A DNA stretch of 64,000 nucleotides from Pseudomonadota bacterium (GTDB lineage: Bacteria > Myxococcota > JACRCW01 > JAFGSX01), in NCBI GenBank assembly GCA_043821645.1, contig JBDRCO010000046.1:87560-151559 (forward strand), read 5' to 3'. This document shows positions 31,129 through 41,009 of the stretch, one piece after another (position 1 is the first letter of the stretch; each line of letters starts with the position of its first letter). A model generated the notes under the pieces. The model worked only from the letters and a program-made list of their open reading frames with translations. It was not told where the DNA came from and ran no database searches. The position numbers were made by a program, and so were the translations under genes.

Positions 31129-32085
31129 TTGTCCGGTGTCCGAGCCCAGGGTGTGATCTACGAGGCCGGAGGCCAGCGCCTGCTGCATGGCGTGTCGCTC
31201 GAGGTGGGGCCGGGGCGGCTGGCTGCCATCGTCGGGCCCTCGGGTGCGGGCAAGAGCACCCTGCTCAAGGTCCTGTGTGGTATTCGCCGGCCCTCGACGG
31301 GGCGTGCCCTGCTCGATGGTGACGACGCACACCTCAGCGGTCGGGCCCCAGAGCGCGTTGGCTACGTGCCCCAGGACGACATCGTGCACACCGGCCTGCG
31401 GGTCGAGGCCGTGCTGCGCTACGCCGCCGAGCTGCGCCTGGCCCGGGCCAGCGCCGAGGAGCGAAAACAGCGGGTCGATCGAGCTCTCGCCCTGGTGGGA
31501 CTGCAGGACAGGCGCTCACTCAAGGTCAAGAAGCTCTCGGGGGGACAGCGCAAGCGCGTCTCCATCGCCGTCGAGTTGCTGGCCGAGCCGCGGGTGCTGT
31601 TCCTGGACGAGCCCACCAGTGGACTGGATCCAGGGCTCGAGAAGCAGCTCATGCACACCCTGCGCGGGCTGGCCCAGGGCGAGCGTACCGTCGTCGTCAC
31701 CACCCACATCATGGAGACCATGGACGTGGTGGATCTGCTGGTGGTGGTGGTCCGCGGGCACCTGGCTTACGCGGGCCCACCCGCCCAGGCGCTGCCCTTC
31801 TTCAAGGCCGACGGCTTCAGGCAGATCTTCGATCAGCTGACCAAGCGCGAACCCCGGGCCTGGGTGCAGGCCTACGAAGCCCAGCGGGCGGCGCTGGCCT
31901 TGCCGTCTCTCCCTCCCGCTGCGGTCACCGGACCGTTGCCCCCCCCGCCGGTGGCGCGGCCCTCCGGGCCTCCAGGATCCGCGTCCCCGGACCATGCACG
32001 CGAGCCGGTGCAACCTGCGACGGACATCGAGCGCCAGCTCGCGGCGCTCAAGCAGAAGATCCAGGGCGACGGAGGTGCCTCGTGA
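31129..32085 (+). CDS. ABC transporter ATP-binding protein (ABCG-like)
   Basis: GPSGAGKST, GYVPQDDIVH, LSGGQRKRVSIA, LDEPTSGLDP. TTG start. Confidence 0.93.
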   Translation: MSGVRAQGVIYEAGGQRLLHGVSLEVGPGRLAAIVGPSGAGKSTLLKVLCGIRRPSTGRALLDGDDAHLSGRAPERVGYVPQDDIVHTGLRVEAVLRYAAELRLARASAEERKQRVDRALALVGLQDRRSLKVKKLSGGQRKRVSIAVELLAEPRVLFLDEPTSGLDPGLEKQLMHTLRGLAQGERTVVVTTHIMETMDVVDLLVVVVRGHLAYAGPPAQALPFFKADGFRQIFDQLTKREPRAWVQAYEAQRAALALPSLPPAAVTGPLPPPPVARPSGPPGSASPDHAREPVQPATDIERQLAALKQKIQGDGGAS

Positions 32086-32858
32086 GCGCGGTGCCCGCCC
32101 CCCGCAGCGTCGTCGGTCTGCCGTCGTGGCGGCGTCAGGCCTCCATCCTCGGTGATCGCTATATCGACCTCATGCTGGGCGATCTCACGACCCTGCTGCT
32201 GCTCATCGCCCAGGCGCCGGTGATCGGCGCGCTGTGTGTGCTGGTCTGGGGTGGCATCGAACGCGACACCGACAGTCTCTACTTCGTGCTGGCGCTCACC
32301 TCGGTATGGTTTGGCTGCATCAACGCCTGTCGCGAGATCGTCAAGGAGCGATCCATCCTCGAACGCGAGCGCCTGTTCGGTCTGTCGACGGCGGCCTACG
32401 TGATGAGCAAGGCTCAGGTTCTGTTCGTGATCGACCTGATCCAGGTGGCGTTGCTCCTCGGCGTGGTCGAGAGCCGCATCGGACTGCGCGGCAATCTCCT
32501 CTGGCAGGCGCTGGCCCTCGCGGGTTGCGCCGCGGCCGGCACCGGTCTTGGTCTCCTGGTGAGCGCCCTGAGCCGGCGCCAGGAGTTCGCCGTGGCTGCG
32601 GTCCCCTTGCTGATCCTGCCCCAGATCCTGTTCAGCGAATTCGCCTTGCCGCGGGAGAACTTCAGCACCGCGGTGGAGTGGATAGAACGCTTCATGCCCG
32701 TCAAGTGGGGCTATCGTGTGTTCACCGAGGCTGTGAAGTCCGAGGTGGGCTACGGATGGATCGCCCTGTCGCTGGGTGTTCTCGTCGTCATGACCCTGGC
32801 GCTGCACCTGGCCTCGGTGCTGGTGCTCCGGGCCTCGTCGAGCGAGGATTTCCTGTAA
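32082..32858 (+). CDS. ABC-2 type permease
   Basis: Six TM segments, REIVKERSILERER, LILPQILFS. Confidence 0.88.
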   Translation: MSAVPAPRSVVGLPSWRRQASILGDRYIDLMLGDLTTLLLLIAQAPVIGALCVLVWGGIERDTDSLYFVLALTSVWFGCINACREIVKERSILERERLFGLSTAAYVMSKAQVLFVIDLIQVALLLGVVESRIGLRGNLLWQALALAGCAAAGTGLGLLVSALSRRQEFAVAAVPLLILPQILFSEFALPRENFSTAVEWIERFMPVKWGYRVFTEAVKSEVGYGWIALSLGVLVVMTLALHLASVLVLRASSSEDFL

Positions 32859-32884
32859 GGCCTGCTCCAGCGGAGGATCGCGAG

Positions 32885-33367
32885 ATGCGGAAAGTGAGTT
32901 TGATCGGCGCGGCGGTGGTGCTGGCGGTGGCCATCGGCCTCGCTCTAACGGCACGCCCGGATTTTCTCGACCTGGTGGGTCTGGGCGGAAGCAACGCCGC
33001 GCTACGCCGCATCGCCCTGTCCTTTCTCGAGGACATCCAGTTCAAGGATTTCGTCAAGGCGGCCCGCTACCACGCGCCGGAGATCCAGAAGTCCGTCGAC
33101 ATCCCCTACCTGATCGAGAGGCTGTTCGCGCTCAAGCCCGAGTTCCTCGACATCATGGGCTACGAGGTGGTGTTCGCCAAGATCGACTCCTCGGGGCTGC
33201 GGGCACGGGTCAAGACCCTGGTCAAGGTCAAGAACCTCGCCGACGGCAGCCTCAACGAGCGCGAGCTGATGCTGTACTTCGAACGCGACACGCCCAAGAG
33301 CCCGTGGCACATGAAGCTGGAGTCCAGCCTGCGCGGCGTCGACGCTGATCCGGACAAGAAGCACTGA
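32885..33367 (+). CDS. Hypothetical N-terminally anchored protein (possible NTF2-like fold)
   Basis: RBS GGAGGA, hydrophobic N-terminus, GC3-biased codons. Confidence 0.7.
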   Translation: MRKVSLIGAAVVLAVAIGLALTARPDFLDLVGLGGSNAALRRIALSFLEDIQFKDFVKAARYHAPEIQKSVDIPYLIERLFALKPEFLDIMGYEVVFAKIDSSGLRARVKTLVKVKNLADGSLNERELMLYFERDTPKSPWHMKLESSLRGVDADPDKKH

Positions 33368-33375
33368 CCGCTTGG

Positions 33376-34260
33376 CTAGTACTTGGACGTCGACTTCTTG
33401 CCGGTCACGATGGCGACCGAGGCGCTGGCACCGACGCGGGTGGCGCCGGCCTCGCGCATGGCCTTGACGTCGTCGGCGGAGCGGATACCCCCGGACGCCT
33501 TGACGCCCATCTCGTCACCGACGATGCCGCGCATCAGCGCGATGTCCTCGGCGGTGGCGCCACCGGGGCCGAAGCCGGTGGAGGTCTTGACGAAGGCGGC
33601 TCCGGCAGACTTGGACAGGGCGCAGGCGATGACCTTCTGGTCGTGGTCCAGGGCCCCGGTCTCGAGGATGACCTTGACCGGGTAAGGCCGCGCCGCCTCG
33701 ACCACGGCCGCGATGTCCTCGAACACCAGGGCGTAATCCTTGGACTTGAGCGCACCGATGTTGACCACCATGTCGATCTCTCGGGCGCCGTTGCGCACCG
33801 CCTCGCGCGTCTCGAAGCCCTTGGCGGAGGTGGTGGCCGCACCGAGCGGGAAGCCAACCACTGCGATGGGCTTGACGCTGGAGCCGCCGAGCTGCCGCGC
33901 CACGAACGGGATGTTGGCGCTGTTGACGCAGACCGTGGCGAAGCTGTAGCGCTTGGCCTCGTCGCAGACCTTGCGCAACTCCTCCGTGGTGGCGTCGGGC
34001 TTGAGCAAGGTGTGATCGATCATCGAGGCCAGCTCGGGGCTGGGCTGGTCGAGGCCAGGGCGCGCTCCGAAGCGCACCGCACCCTTGGCTGCCAGCACGC
34101 GCACCTCGTCCGCGCTCTTGCTCACGCAGTGGCCACAGCCATGGCAGTCGCTGCACGACGCGGCGCCAGGTGCCGGTGCCGCCGAGAGCATGGCTCCGGA
34201 GAGCCGGTCCTGCACCCGGCGGGCAATCTGGTCGACGAGACGGTCGAGGTCGCTGGACAT
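33376..34260 (-). CDS. deoC: Deoxyribose-phosphate aldolase with N-terminal extension
   Basis: IDHTLLKP, VGFPLG, EIDMV, KVILET, FVKTSTGF, VKASGGIR. Confidence 0.96.
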   Translation of the reverse strand: MSSDLDRLVDQIARRVQDRLSGAMLSAAPAPGAASCSDCHGCGHCVSKSADEVRVLAAKGAVRFGARPGLDQPSPELASMIDHTLLKPDATTEELRKVCDEAKRYSFATVCVNSANIPFVARQLGGSSVKPIAVVGFPLGAATTSAKGFETREAVRNGAREIDMVVNIGALKSKDYALVFEDIAAVVEAARPYPVKVILETGALDHDQKVIACALSKSAGAAFVKTSTGFGPGGATAEDIALMRGIVGDEMGVKASGGIRSADDVKAMREAGATRVGASASVAIVTGKKSTSKY

Positions 34261-34396
34261 GAGGAGACCCCTTGTGTGGCCCGGATTGTGGCGATCCCGA
34301 GCCCCGAGGTCAAGCACGATGGGGCCGGCAGCACAGTTGCAGTGGCGGGCCGTGACGACGTAAGCTGCGCGCTCCATTACCTGCGAGAGAGCGCGC

Positions 34397-35290
34397 ATGC
34401 GGGCCCTCCTGGTCTACAAGAAAAGCACCTACCAGCTCTACGTGGTCGAGCGTCGCAGCGCGCGGGTGCAGGACCTTCTGCAAAAGGATGACCCCAGCGT
34501 GCGCGCCTTGCACGAGGCGCACGAGATCCACACCCTGGCCCTGGAGCGCGTGTCGGCGAGCCTCGGCCGGGCAGGCTACGAGGTGCATCGCACCTACCGG
34601 GCGCGGCTGGGCCGCCTCGACGGCTTCGATCTGATCGTTCCCGTTGGAGGCGACGGTACCTTGCTCGACGTCTCTCACCACCTGCGTGCGCCCATCCCGG
34701 TGCTCGGTGTCAACTCGGACCCTGGGCGCTCGGTGGGCATGCTGGCGGGGGCAAAGGTCGACAACCTCGATGCCATGCTGGCGCAGGTGCGCGCCGGTGA
34801 AGTCGAGGCCCTGGGGGTGACCCGGCTCGAGCTGCGCCTCGACGGCGAAATGCAGGGCGTCCTGGCCCTCAACGACGTGCTGGTGACCCAGCGAAATCCC
34901 GCGGCAATGAGCCGCTACCTGCTCGCCACCGGCGCGCACGAGGAATCGCAGATGGGTTCGGGTCTGTGGGTCGCCAGTGCCGTGGGTTCCACCGCGGCGA
35001 TCCGCTCCGCCGGCGGCGTTGTGCAGCCCATCGGCGAGGACCGGCTGCAGTTCCGGGTGCGCGAGCCTTACGGCGTCCGCGACAACATGCTGCTCACCGC
35101 GGGTTTCCTGGCGCCGGAACAGACCCTGCGCGTGCATTCGACGATGCGCGAGGGCCGCATCTACGTCGACGGACCGCACGTGCGCTTCGATTTTCCCCTG
35201 GGTTGCCAGCTCCAGATCCGGGCCGTGCCGCGCTCGCTGCACCTGTTCCTGTCCGAGGCTGCCATCGCCCGCCGCAACGCGCTGGCCTGA
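34397..35290 (+). CDS. nadK: NAD(H) kinase
   Basis: GGDGT, LGVNSDP, ALND, GSTA..SAGG. Confidence 0.88.
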   Translation: MRALLVYKKSTYQLYVVERRSARVQDLLQKDDPSVRALHEAHEIHTLALERVSASLGRAGYEVHRTYRARLGRLDGFDLIVPVGGDGTLLDVSHHLRAPIPVLGVNSDPGRSVGMLAGAKVDNLDAMLAQVRAGEVEALGVTRLELRLDGEMQGVLALNDVLVTQRNPAAMSRYLLATGAHEESQMGSGLWVASAVGSTAAIRSAGGVVQPIGEDRLQFRVREPYGVRDNMLLTAGFLAPEQTLRVHSTMREGRIYVDGPHVRFDFPLGCQLQIRAVPRSLHLFLSEAAIARRNALA

Positions 35291-35314
35291 GCTACGCTCG
35301 CTTCTGCAGCTCGC

Positions 35315-36121
35315 TCAACGAACCTCGAGGACGCCGCGGATCACCTCGGCGAAACCTGCGCCGCTGCGGCCCCGGGTGAGGTAGCGCGGCAGGGTCTCGA
35401 CCTGCGGGATGAAGCGCCTGAGGTTGGCCACGCCCACCGCACTGGGAAAGTACTCGAACAGGGGCGCGTCGTTGGGGGAGTCGCCCACAAACAGGAAACG
35501 ATCACGCTGCCGGTCCAGGTCGATGCCGAGCACCTCGCGGGCAAAGCGGCGGCACATGCCCAGCTTGTCGTAGTGTCCGAACCATCCGTTGACGTGGATG
35601 GAGCTGACCTTGGCGGTGGCGCCGCGCCGCCGGAACAGCGCGACGATGCGCTGTACCTGATCGTCGTCGAGCGCAGGCACGTCCTCGCAGAAATCGATGG
35701 CCAGGTCGAACAGGCGGTAGGGCTGGTCCGAGGCCACGCCGGCGCCGGGCACCGCGCGAAGGATCTCTTGCTGCAGCGCTGCGAGTCGCTTCCGGTTGCG
35801 GGCCCGGGCGGCTGTGTCTAGCAGGTACACGCTGCGCAGCCGGTCGCCGTCCAGAAAGGTGGCCATCGCTCCGTTTTCGGCCACCACACCGTGCACCGGC
35901 CACATGCGCGCGATGTGATCGGCCCAGCCCGCAGGTCGGCCTGTCACTGGCACCAGGATCAACCCCGCCCGGTGCGCTCGCCACAGTGCAGCAAAGGCGC
36001 GGTCACTGATGCGGCCGTCGGTGGAGAAGGTGTCGTCGATATCAAAGAACAGGCCGCGCACGCGCCGTCGCATCGCCACGGGCGCCTCAGCCCAGGGTCG
36101 CAGGCTTGCTGTCCTTGGCAT
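35315..36121 (-). CDS. HAD-IIB family hydrolase
   Basis: DIDDT, VTGR, AENG, K, GDSPND. Confidence 0.9.
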   Translation of the reverse strand: MPRTASLRPWAEAPVAMRRRVRGLFFDIDDTFSTDGRISDRAFAALWRAHRAGLILVPVTGRPAGWADHIARMWPVHGVVAENGAMATFLDGDRLRSVYLLDTAARARNRKRLAALQQEILRAVPGAGVASDQPYRLFDLAIDFCEDVPALDDDQVQRIVALFRRRGATAKVSSIHVNGWFGHYDKLGMCRRFAREVLGIDLDRQRDRFLFVGDSPNDAPLFEYFPSAVGVANLRRFIPQVETLPRYLTRGRSGAGFAEVIRGVLEVR

Positions 36122-36124
36122 GGG

Positions 36125-38176
36125 TCACATCGTCGAGCGGAAGCGCACCGTGTAAGCCGCGCAGCCCGGTTGCTGGCCCGGGGTCACGCGCACGCGCACG
36201 GTCACGTCGCGGTTGTCGTCGCCACCGCAGCTCGTGTTGGTGTACTTCCAGGTTCTCAGGCCGCACTGCTCGCTGCCCAGACCACAGCCGCTGCCCGAGG
36301 TCTGGTGGTCGATCGAGGAGACGCAGAATTCCACCCCCGCCGGTGCCGTGGTGAAGCTGACCTCGATCTCGCCATCGTCCTCCCACGGCCAGCAGAAATT
36401 CGAGTGGTCCTCGGCGAAGAAGGCATAGGTGTCCATGTCATTGGGATCGTGCAGGTTGCCGGAGCGGGTGGTCGAGGTGTCGCTGATGGTGCCCACCTCG
36501 TGCGCGCCGGAACAGAAGCTGCCCACCTCGGGACTTTCCTCGCGGCACTCGCAGCCGTTCTTCGGATCCTGATCTGCGTCGTGGTAGGCACTCTGGCAGG
36601 TCCCGATCTGGCAGCTGCCGGTGATGCAACTCGGCGTGGCATTGGGCATGGTGCAACCCTGCTCGCAGGTCACCCCCGTGCCCGTGACCTGGACCTCGGT
36701 GCGGGTGTAATCGATGCTGTTGCTCTCGACGACGAGCAGGCCCTGCGCGGGTCCCAGAGTGTAGGCCGTGTAGCTGATCTGCGCCTCGATCGGTGGAGCG
36801 CCGGGCAGCAGCTGGTCCGGGACCTGCGGCCGGGACACCAGGGTGAACTGCGTCGAGGAGCCGACCTCGAAGCGCACGTCGCGCAGGTCCAGAGTGCCGT
36901 GACCGACGTTGCTCAGTTGCACGGTGGCGGTCTCGCTCGACCAGCCCTGTACCAGGGTCCCGAAGGCCACCGGGTCCGGCGATACCACCAGCCGCGGAGC
37001 CTCGACGAAGGCACTCAGGGGGATCGCGCGCTGCGGGCGCAGGGGATCATTGCTGTCCAGGTGCAGGATGCCGGTGACTGCACCGCCCACCGATGCTGCC
37101 AGGGTCAGCTCCAGGGTGGTCTGCTCGAAAGATCCCACCGGGGGCAGCTCGACCCCGTCACTGGACACCGCGAAACCGACGTTGCCGCCAGCCACCAGGT
37201 TTGGCGTCACGAACAGGGGAACGCCACCGCCGTTGCGCAGCACGATCTGGGTGCTCTTGGGGGTCTGGAAGCGCGTCGAACCCAGATCCACGAGGGTCGG
37301 CGTCACCTCGAGGACGGGCACGTTCATGGCCGTGCCGAACAGCCGCAACGCCACCTCCGGGTACACCGGGTCGCTGGTGCGCACCAGCACCTGCGCGCTG
37401 TACAGGCGCAGGTCCGCAGCCGTGGAACCGGGCAGCAGCTGCAGGGTCACCCGCGTGTCCTCGCCGGGGTTGACGAAGCGCTGCTCGGGACCGAGCGGCG
37501 CAAAGTAGAACGCCGGTTCAAAGGGATCGCCGGGCATCACCTCGAACAGCTCCAGGATGGCGTTGCCGTTGGTCTGGTTGGACAGGATCAGGTCCAGTTC
37601 CCCGACGGTGCCACCGGGCACGTAGCCGAAGTTGAGGGTCAGGTCCTCCTCGACCAGATCCACCCGCTCGTCGGGCGCGCTGCCATCGCGGAACAGGCCC
37701 AGCACCGGGTCCCCGTTCTGCCGTACGCGCAGGGGCAACTCCACAGGTCCCGCATTGGAATTCTCGGGAGGCTGGGCGGCCGTGATCACGCGCAGCAGAC
37801 CGTAGTCGCGCTCGGCGTCGAGGGGGCGGTAGGTGACGGTGAGGCTGGTGCCCTGACCAGGACCCAGGTCCCAGGGCAGGGGCTGCGCGGCAGACAGCGA
37901 GAAGTCCGCGCTGGTGCCGGCGGTGAGCTGGGCGCTGACCACCGACAGCACGCCGCCACCCCGGTTCTCCACCTTGACCTCGCGGCTCTGGTTGCAGCCA
38001 ATGGCCACGCAGTCGAAGCCCAGCCCGAAGGCAGGCGCCACGTAGAGCACGGGGGGGGTGGTGGGCTTGGACGTGGGATCGCAGCTATCGCCCTCGCAGG
38101 TCTGCACCGGCTGGCCCGGGCAGGCCGCGGCGTCGAGCACGAGCAGCAGCCCCGCCATGATCCCGCGCAGCTTCAC
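36125..38176 (-). CDS. Surface protein with tandem choice-of-anchor-D/ASH Ig-like domains and Cys-rich C-terminus
   Basis: Repeated xxFGxV...NxGxxxL...SNDP/TSDP modules, NGCE Cys repeat, C-terminal DMDTYAF (PPC-like). Confidence 0.75.
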   Translation of the reverse strand: MKLRGIMAGLLLVLDAAACPGQPVQTCEGDSCDPTSKPTTPPVLYVAPAFGLGFDCVAIGCNQSREVKVENRGGGVLSVVSAQLTAGTSADFSLSAAQPLPWDLGPGQGTSLTVTYRPLDAERDYGLLRVITAAQPPENSNAGPVELPLRVRQNGDPVLGLFRDGSAPDERVDLVEEDLTLNFGYVPGGTVGELDLILSNQTNGNAILELFEVMPGDPFEPAFYFAPLGPEQRFVNPGEDTRVTLQLLPGSTAADLRLYSAQVLVRTSDPVYPEVALRLFGTAMNVPVLEVTPTLVDLGSTRFQTPKSTQIVLRNGGGVPLFVTPNLVAGGNVGFAVSSDGVELPPVGSFEQTTLELTLAASVGGAVTGILHLDSNDPLRPQRAIPLSAFVEAPRLVVSPDPVAFGTLVQGWSSETATVQLSNVGHGTLDLRDVRFEVGSSTQFTLVSRPQVPDQLLPGAPPIEAQISYTAYTLGPAQGLLVVESNSIDYTRTEVQVTGTGVTCEQGCTMPNATPSCITGSCQIGTCQSAYHDADQDPKNGCECREESPEVGSFCSGAHEVGTISDTSTTRSGNLHDPNDMDTYAFFAEDHSNFCWPWEDDGEIEVSFTTAPAGVEFCVSSIDHQTSGSGCGLGSEQCGLRTWKYTNTSCGGDDNRDVTVRVRVTPGQQPGCAAYTVRFRSTM

Positions 38177-38209
38177 CGTGTCACTCCGTCGCCAACCGGC
38201 ACAGCGGGA

Positions 38210-40120
38210 TCACGGGCAGCCCGTTTGAGGAGGCTGTGCGCCCGACACACAGTACAGGCCGTTGATCCGCTGCACGGTCACCGGGCACGAGTAGTCCCCC
38301 GCCGCACGCAGGCTGATCGAGGTCTGCGCCACCTGGGCGCCGTTGACGAAGGTCGAGATCTGGGCCCGGCTCGAGCTGTGGCTCCAGCAGTTGTTGCGGA
38401 TGAACTCGGCCACGTCCTGGGCGTCGGGCGAGATCAGGCCCTCGGTCAGACCCGTGAGCAGGGCGCTGACGCCTATGCCCAGCAGGCCGGCCAGCAGGTC
38501 GGTGGGGATGCTGTCGCAGTCCTCGCGGTAGTAGGCGCAGGCCTTGAAGGTGCCAAAGGCGTCCTCGTGGGCGTCGAACAGGATCACGCGCTCGGGTTCC
38601 TCCTGCACGCCGATGGAACTCCACACCGGGTGTCCGAAGTTGGTCTGGTCGTTGGCGCCGCCGTGGGTCCAGTCGGGATTGGGGCTGGCCTTGTCCACGA
38701 TCTCGCCGTAGGGGCTCTCCATGTACAGATTGACGTCGCGGAAGTCGTTGCCGAAGAACCCATCGTCACCGTTCTCGAAGATCATCTCGACCTTGAGCAC
38801 GTCGTTGTTGTACGGCGACACGCCGAACCCGAGCAAGCTCACGTTCTTGAGTGCCTCGTCCGGATCGTTGCTCTGGATCTGCAAGGTGGCGGTCACCTGG
38901 TTGAGCTGCGCGGCCTCGTAGTACACGTTCATGAAGGCCGTGCCGCCGGGGGGGATGATGGACTGCGATGGCGGCGTGTAGCGGAAGTCCGTCGACGACA
39001 GCACGGTCATGCTCACCTGCAGACTGAGGTCGCTCTGACCGTTGTTCGAGATGGTCACGGTCTCGTAGTCGGACTGGCCCAGGGTCATCTGGCCGAAGTC
39101 GATGGTGGTGTGCGAGACCTGGATCTGCGGCGGTCCTCGCGAGTCGCCCTTGAGATCGATGCAGCCGACGCCCGGGGTCGCCGTGGCGTCGCTGGCGCAG
39201 GTGCGGGTCAGGTCGTTGGAGAACACGTAGAGCACCGCGTTTGACGACGCCAGGTTGACCGGATCGTAGGTGATGGTGAAGACCTGGCTCTGATTGGCGA
39301 CCAGGGCGAGGGGTGTGTCGAGGGGCCCCACGGCCGGCGCCACGGTCATCTGCGAGGTGAGCGGGGGGTCGATGAACACGCGGCTGAGCTCCAGGGTGCC
39401 GGCGCCGACGTTGGTGACGGTCACCGTCTGCGTCGCGGGCGGATCGTTGGGCAGCACGTTGCCGAAGTCGACCAGCACCGGGTCAATGGACATGCGCGCG
39501 TGGCCCAGGCCCTCGCCACCCAGGGGAACCTCGACCAGGCCACCGGACAGGCTCGGGTCGTCGGTGCGCAGCACCAGCACGCCGGCGTAGGTCTGCTCCA
39601 CCACGGGGGTGAAGGTCAGGCGAATGGTCAGGGTGTGTCCTGGTGGAATGGACTTGGGGTAGTCCGCGACCGCGCAGTTGTCACAGGTCAGCGCCGGGTC
39701 GCTGCGGGCGCTGTCGAGCTGCGCCTGCTCGACGGTGAGCAGGCAGTCGCCGATGTTGTTGATGGTGACCGTGTCCTCGCCGAACTCGCCCACCGTCACC
39801 GTGCCAAAGTCCACGGCCGTGACGTCGAGCTGCACGATGGGGCTCAGGCCCGGCGCGCAGGCGTACACGTCGATGGACTCACACGTATGGGTGATGGGGT
39901 TGCAGATCTCGCCATCCCGGCAATCCTCGTCGCTGTTGCACTCGTTGACCGAGCACACCCCGGCCATGCAGCGCCCGGTCGAGCACTCGCCGTCCAGCAC
40001 GCAGGGCAGGCCGATGTCGCGCTTGTCCGCCGGCTTCTCGTAGATGATGACTTCGGTGTCGCAGGCGGCCCACAGGCCGCCCAGCGCCAGCACCGCGATC
40101 CCATTCCATGACATGCGCAT
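38210..40120 (-). CDS. Lipoprotein with Cys-rich repeats, three choice-of-anchor-D/ASH Ig-like domains and YfaP-like C-terminus
   Basis: Lipobox WAAC, CxxDxxC repeats, VDFGTV/VDFGNV/IDFGQM modules, DVNLYMESPYG...PERVIL. RBS GGAGG. Confidence 0.78.
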   Translation of the reverse strand: MRMSWNGIAVLALGGLWAACDTEVIIYEKPADKRDIGLPCVLDGECSTGRCMAGVCSVNECNSDEDCRDGEICNPITHTCESIDVYACAPGLSPIVQLDVTAVDFGTVTVGEFGEDTVTINNIGDCLLTVEQAQLDSARSDPALTCDNCAVADYPKSIPPGHTLTIRLTFTPVVEQTYAGVLVLRTDDPSLSGGLVEVPLGGEGLGHARMSIDPVLVDFGNVLPNDPPATQTVTVTNVGAGTLELSRVFIDPPLTSQMTVAPAVGPLDTPLALVANQSQVFTITYDPVNLASSNAVLYVFSNDLTRTCASDATATPGVGCIDLKGDSRGPPQIQVSHTTIDFGQMTLGQSDYETVTISNNGQSDLSLQVSMTVLSSTDFRYTPPSQSIIPPGGTAFMNVYYEAAQLNQVTATLQIQSNDPDEALKNVSLLGFGVSPYNNDVLKVEMIFENGDDGFFGNDFRDVNLYMESPYGEIVDKASPNPDWTHGGANDQTNFGHPVWSSIGVQEEPERVILFDAHEDAFGTFKACAYYREDCDSIPTDLLAGLLGIGVSALLTGLTEGLISPDAQDVAEFIRNNCWSHSSSRAQISTFVNGAQVAQTSISLRAAGDYSCPVTVQRINGLYCVSGAQPPQTGCP

Positions 40121-40299
40121 CGTCAGGCCTCCTGGGCTTCCATGTCCGCCACCGCGCGGCGCAGACACGGGTCCCCGCGGGACCGGGGCTGGTATGTGCC
40201 AGAGAAACGCACATTGCCCTACACCCCGGCCCACATCCAGTATCGAGTGCGAGCGCAGCAGGGTTGCCAGGCCCAGCTGTCCCGCCCAACATATACAGT

Positions 40300-41001
40300 A
40301 TGCCGCGTCGCTCACGATCTCACAAAGGCTCCGCACCAGCTGCCCGGGCAGGAACCCCCCACAGCAAGGACAGACCCTTCTTTCAGCCTTTTTCGGCTCT
40401 CAAGAAAACACCCACCCGGGCCGAAGCACCGCGGACCCTGCCACCAGCGCCTGTGCTCCCGGCCGCCGAGCCTGATGACGAGCAGCTCCTCGAGCAGGCC
40501 ATGGCCGGTGTCGCGCCCCTGTCCGGGGCCGCCTCGTCCTATCGACCGCCGCCCCCAGCCTCAGGGCCGCCACGCCTCGACGAGGACCAGGAAGCCATGA
40601 TCCAGCTCAGCGAGTTCGTGGCCGGACAGGGCGCGTTTGACATCGTCGACGGCGACGAGCACGTGGAGGGCGTGGCCACGGGCCTGGATCCCCGCATCCT
40701 GCGCCGCCTGCGGCGGGGTGAGTACTCCGTGTCCGCGCATCTGGACCTGCACGGGCTGCTCCGCGACGAGGCGCGGGCTGCCCTCACGCGCTTCGTCGAG
40801 CAGGCGCGGCGCGATGGCAAGCGCTGTGTGCTGGTGGTGCACGGTCGAGGTCTGCACTCCAAGGACCAGCGGGCGGTGCTCAAGGAGGGCGTGGTGACCT
40901 GGCTGGGACGTTCCGCGCTGCGTAAACAGGTGCTCGCCTTCGCCACGGCCCGTCCCTACGACGGTGGCGCCGGGGCACTGTACGTGCTCTTGCGACGCTG
41001 A
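40300..41001 (+). CDS. Smr/MutS2 C-terminal domain protein
   Basis: LRRGEY..HLDLHG, VVHGRGLHS, DGGAGALYVLL. Confidence 0.92.
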   Translation: MPRRSRSHKGSAPAARAGTPHSKDRPFFQPFSALKKTPTRAEAPRTLPPAPVLPAAEPDDEQLLEQAMAGVAPLSGAASSYRPPPPASGPPRLDEDQEAMIQLSEFVAGQGAFDIVDGDEHVEGVATGLDPRILRRLRRGEYSVSAHLDLHGLLRDEARAALTRFVEQARRDGKRCVLVVHGRGLHSKDQRAVLKEGVVTWLGRSALRKQVLAFATARPYDGGAGALYVLLRR

Positions 41002-41009
41002 CGGAGGCC

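Noticed and set aside
40276-40299. LexA box upstream of the Smr gene (CTGT...ACAG)
   Set aside because: The spacer is 14 nt rather than 8, so there is no canonical match.
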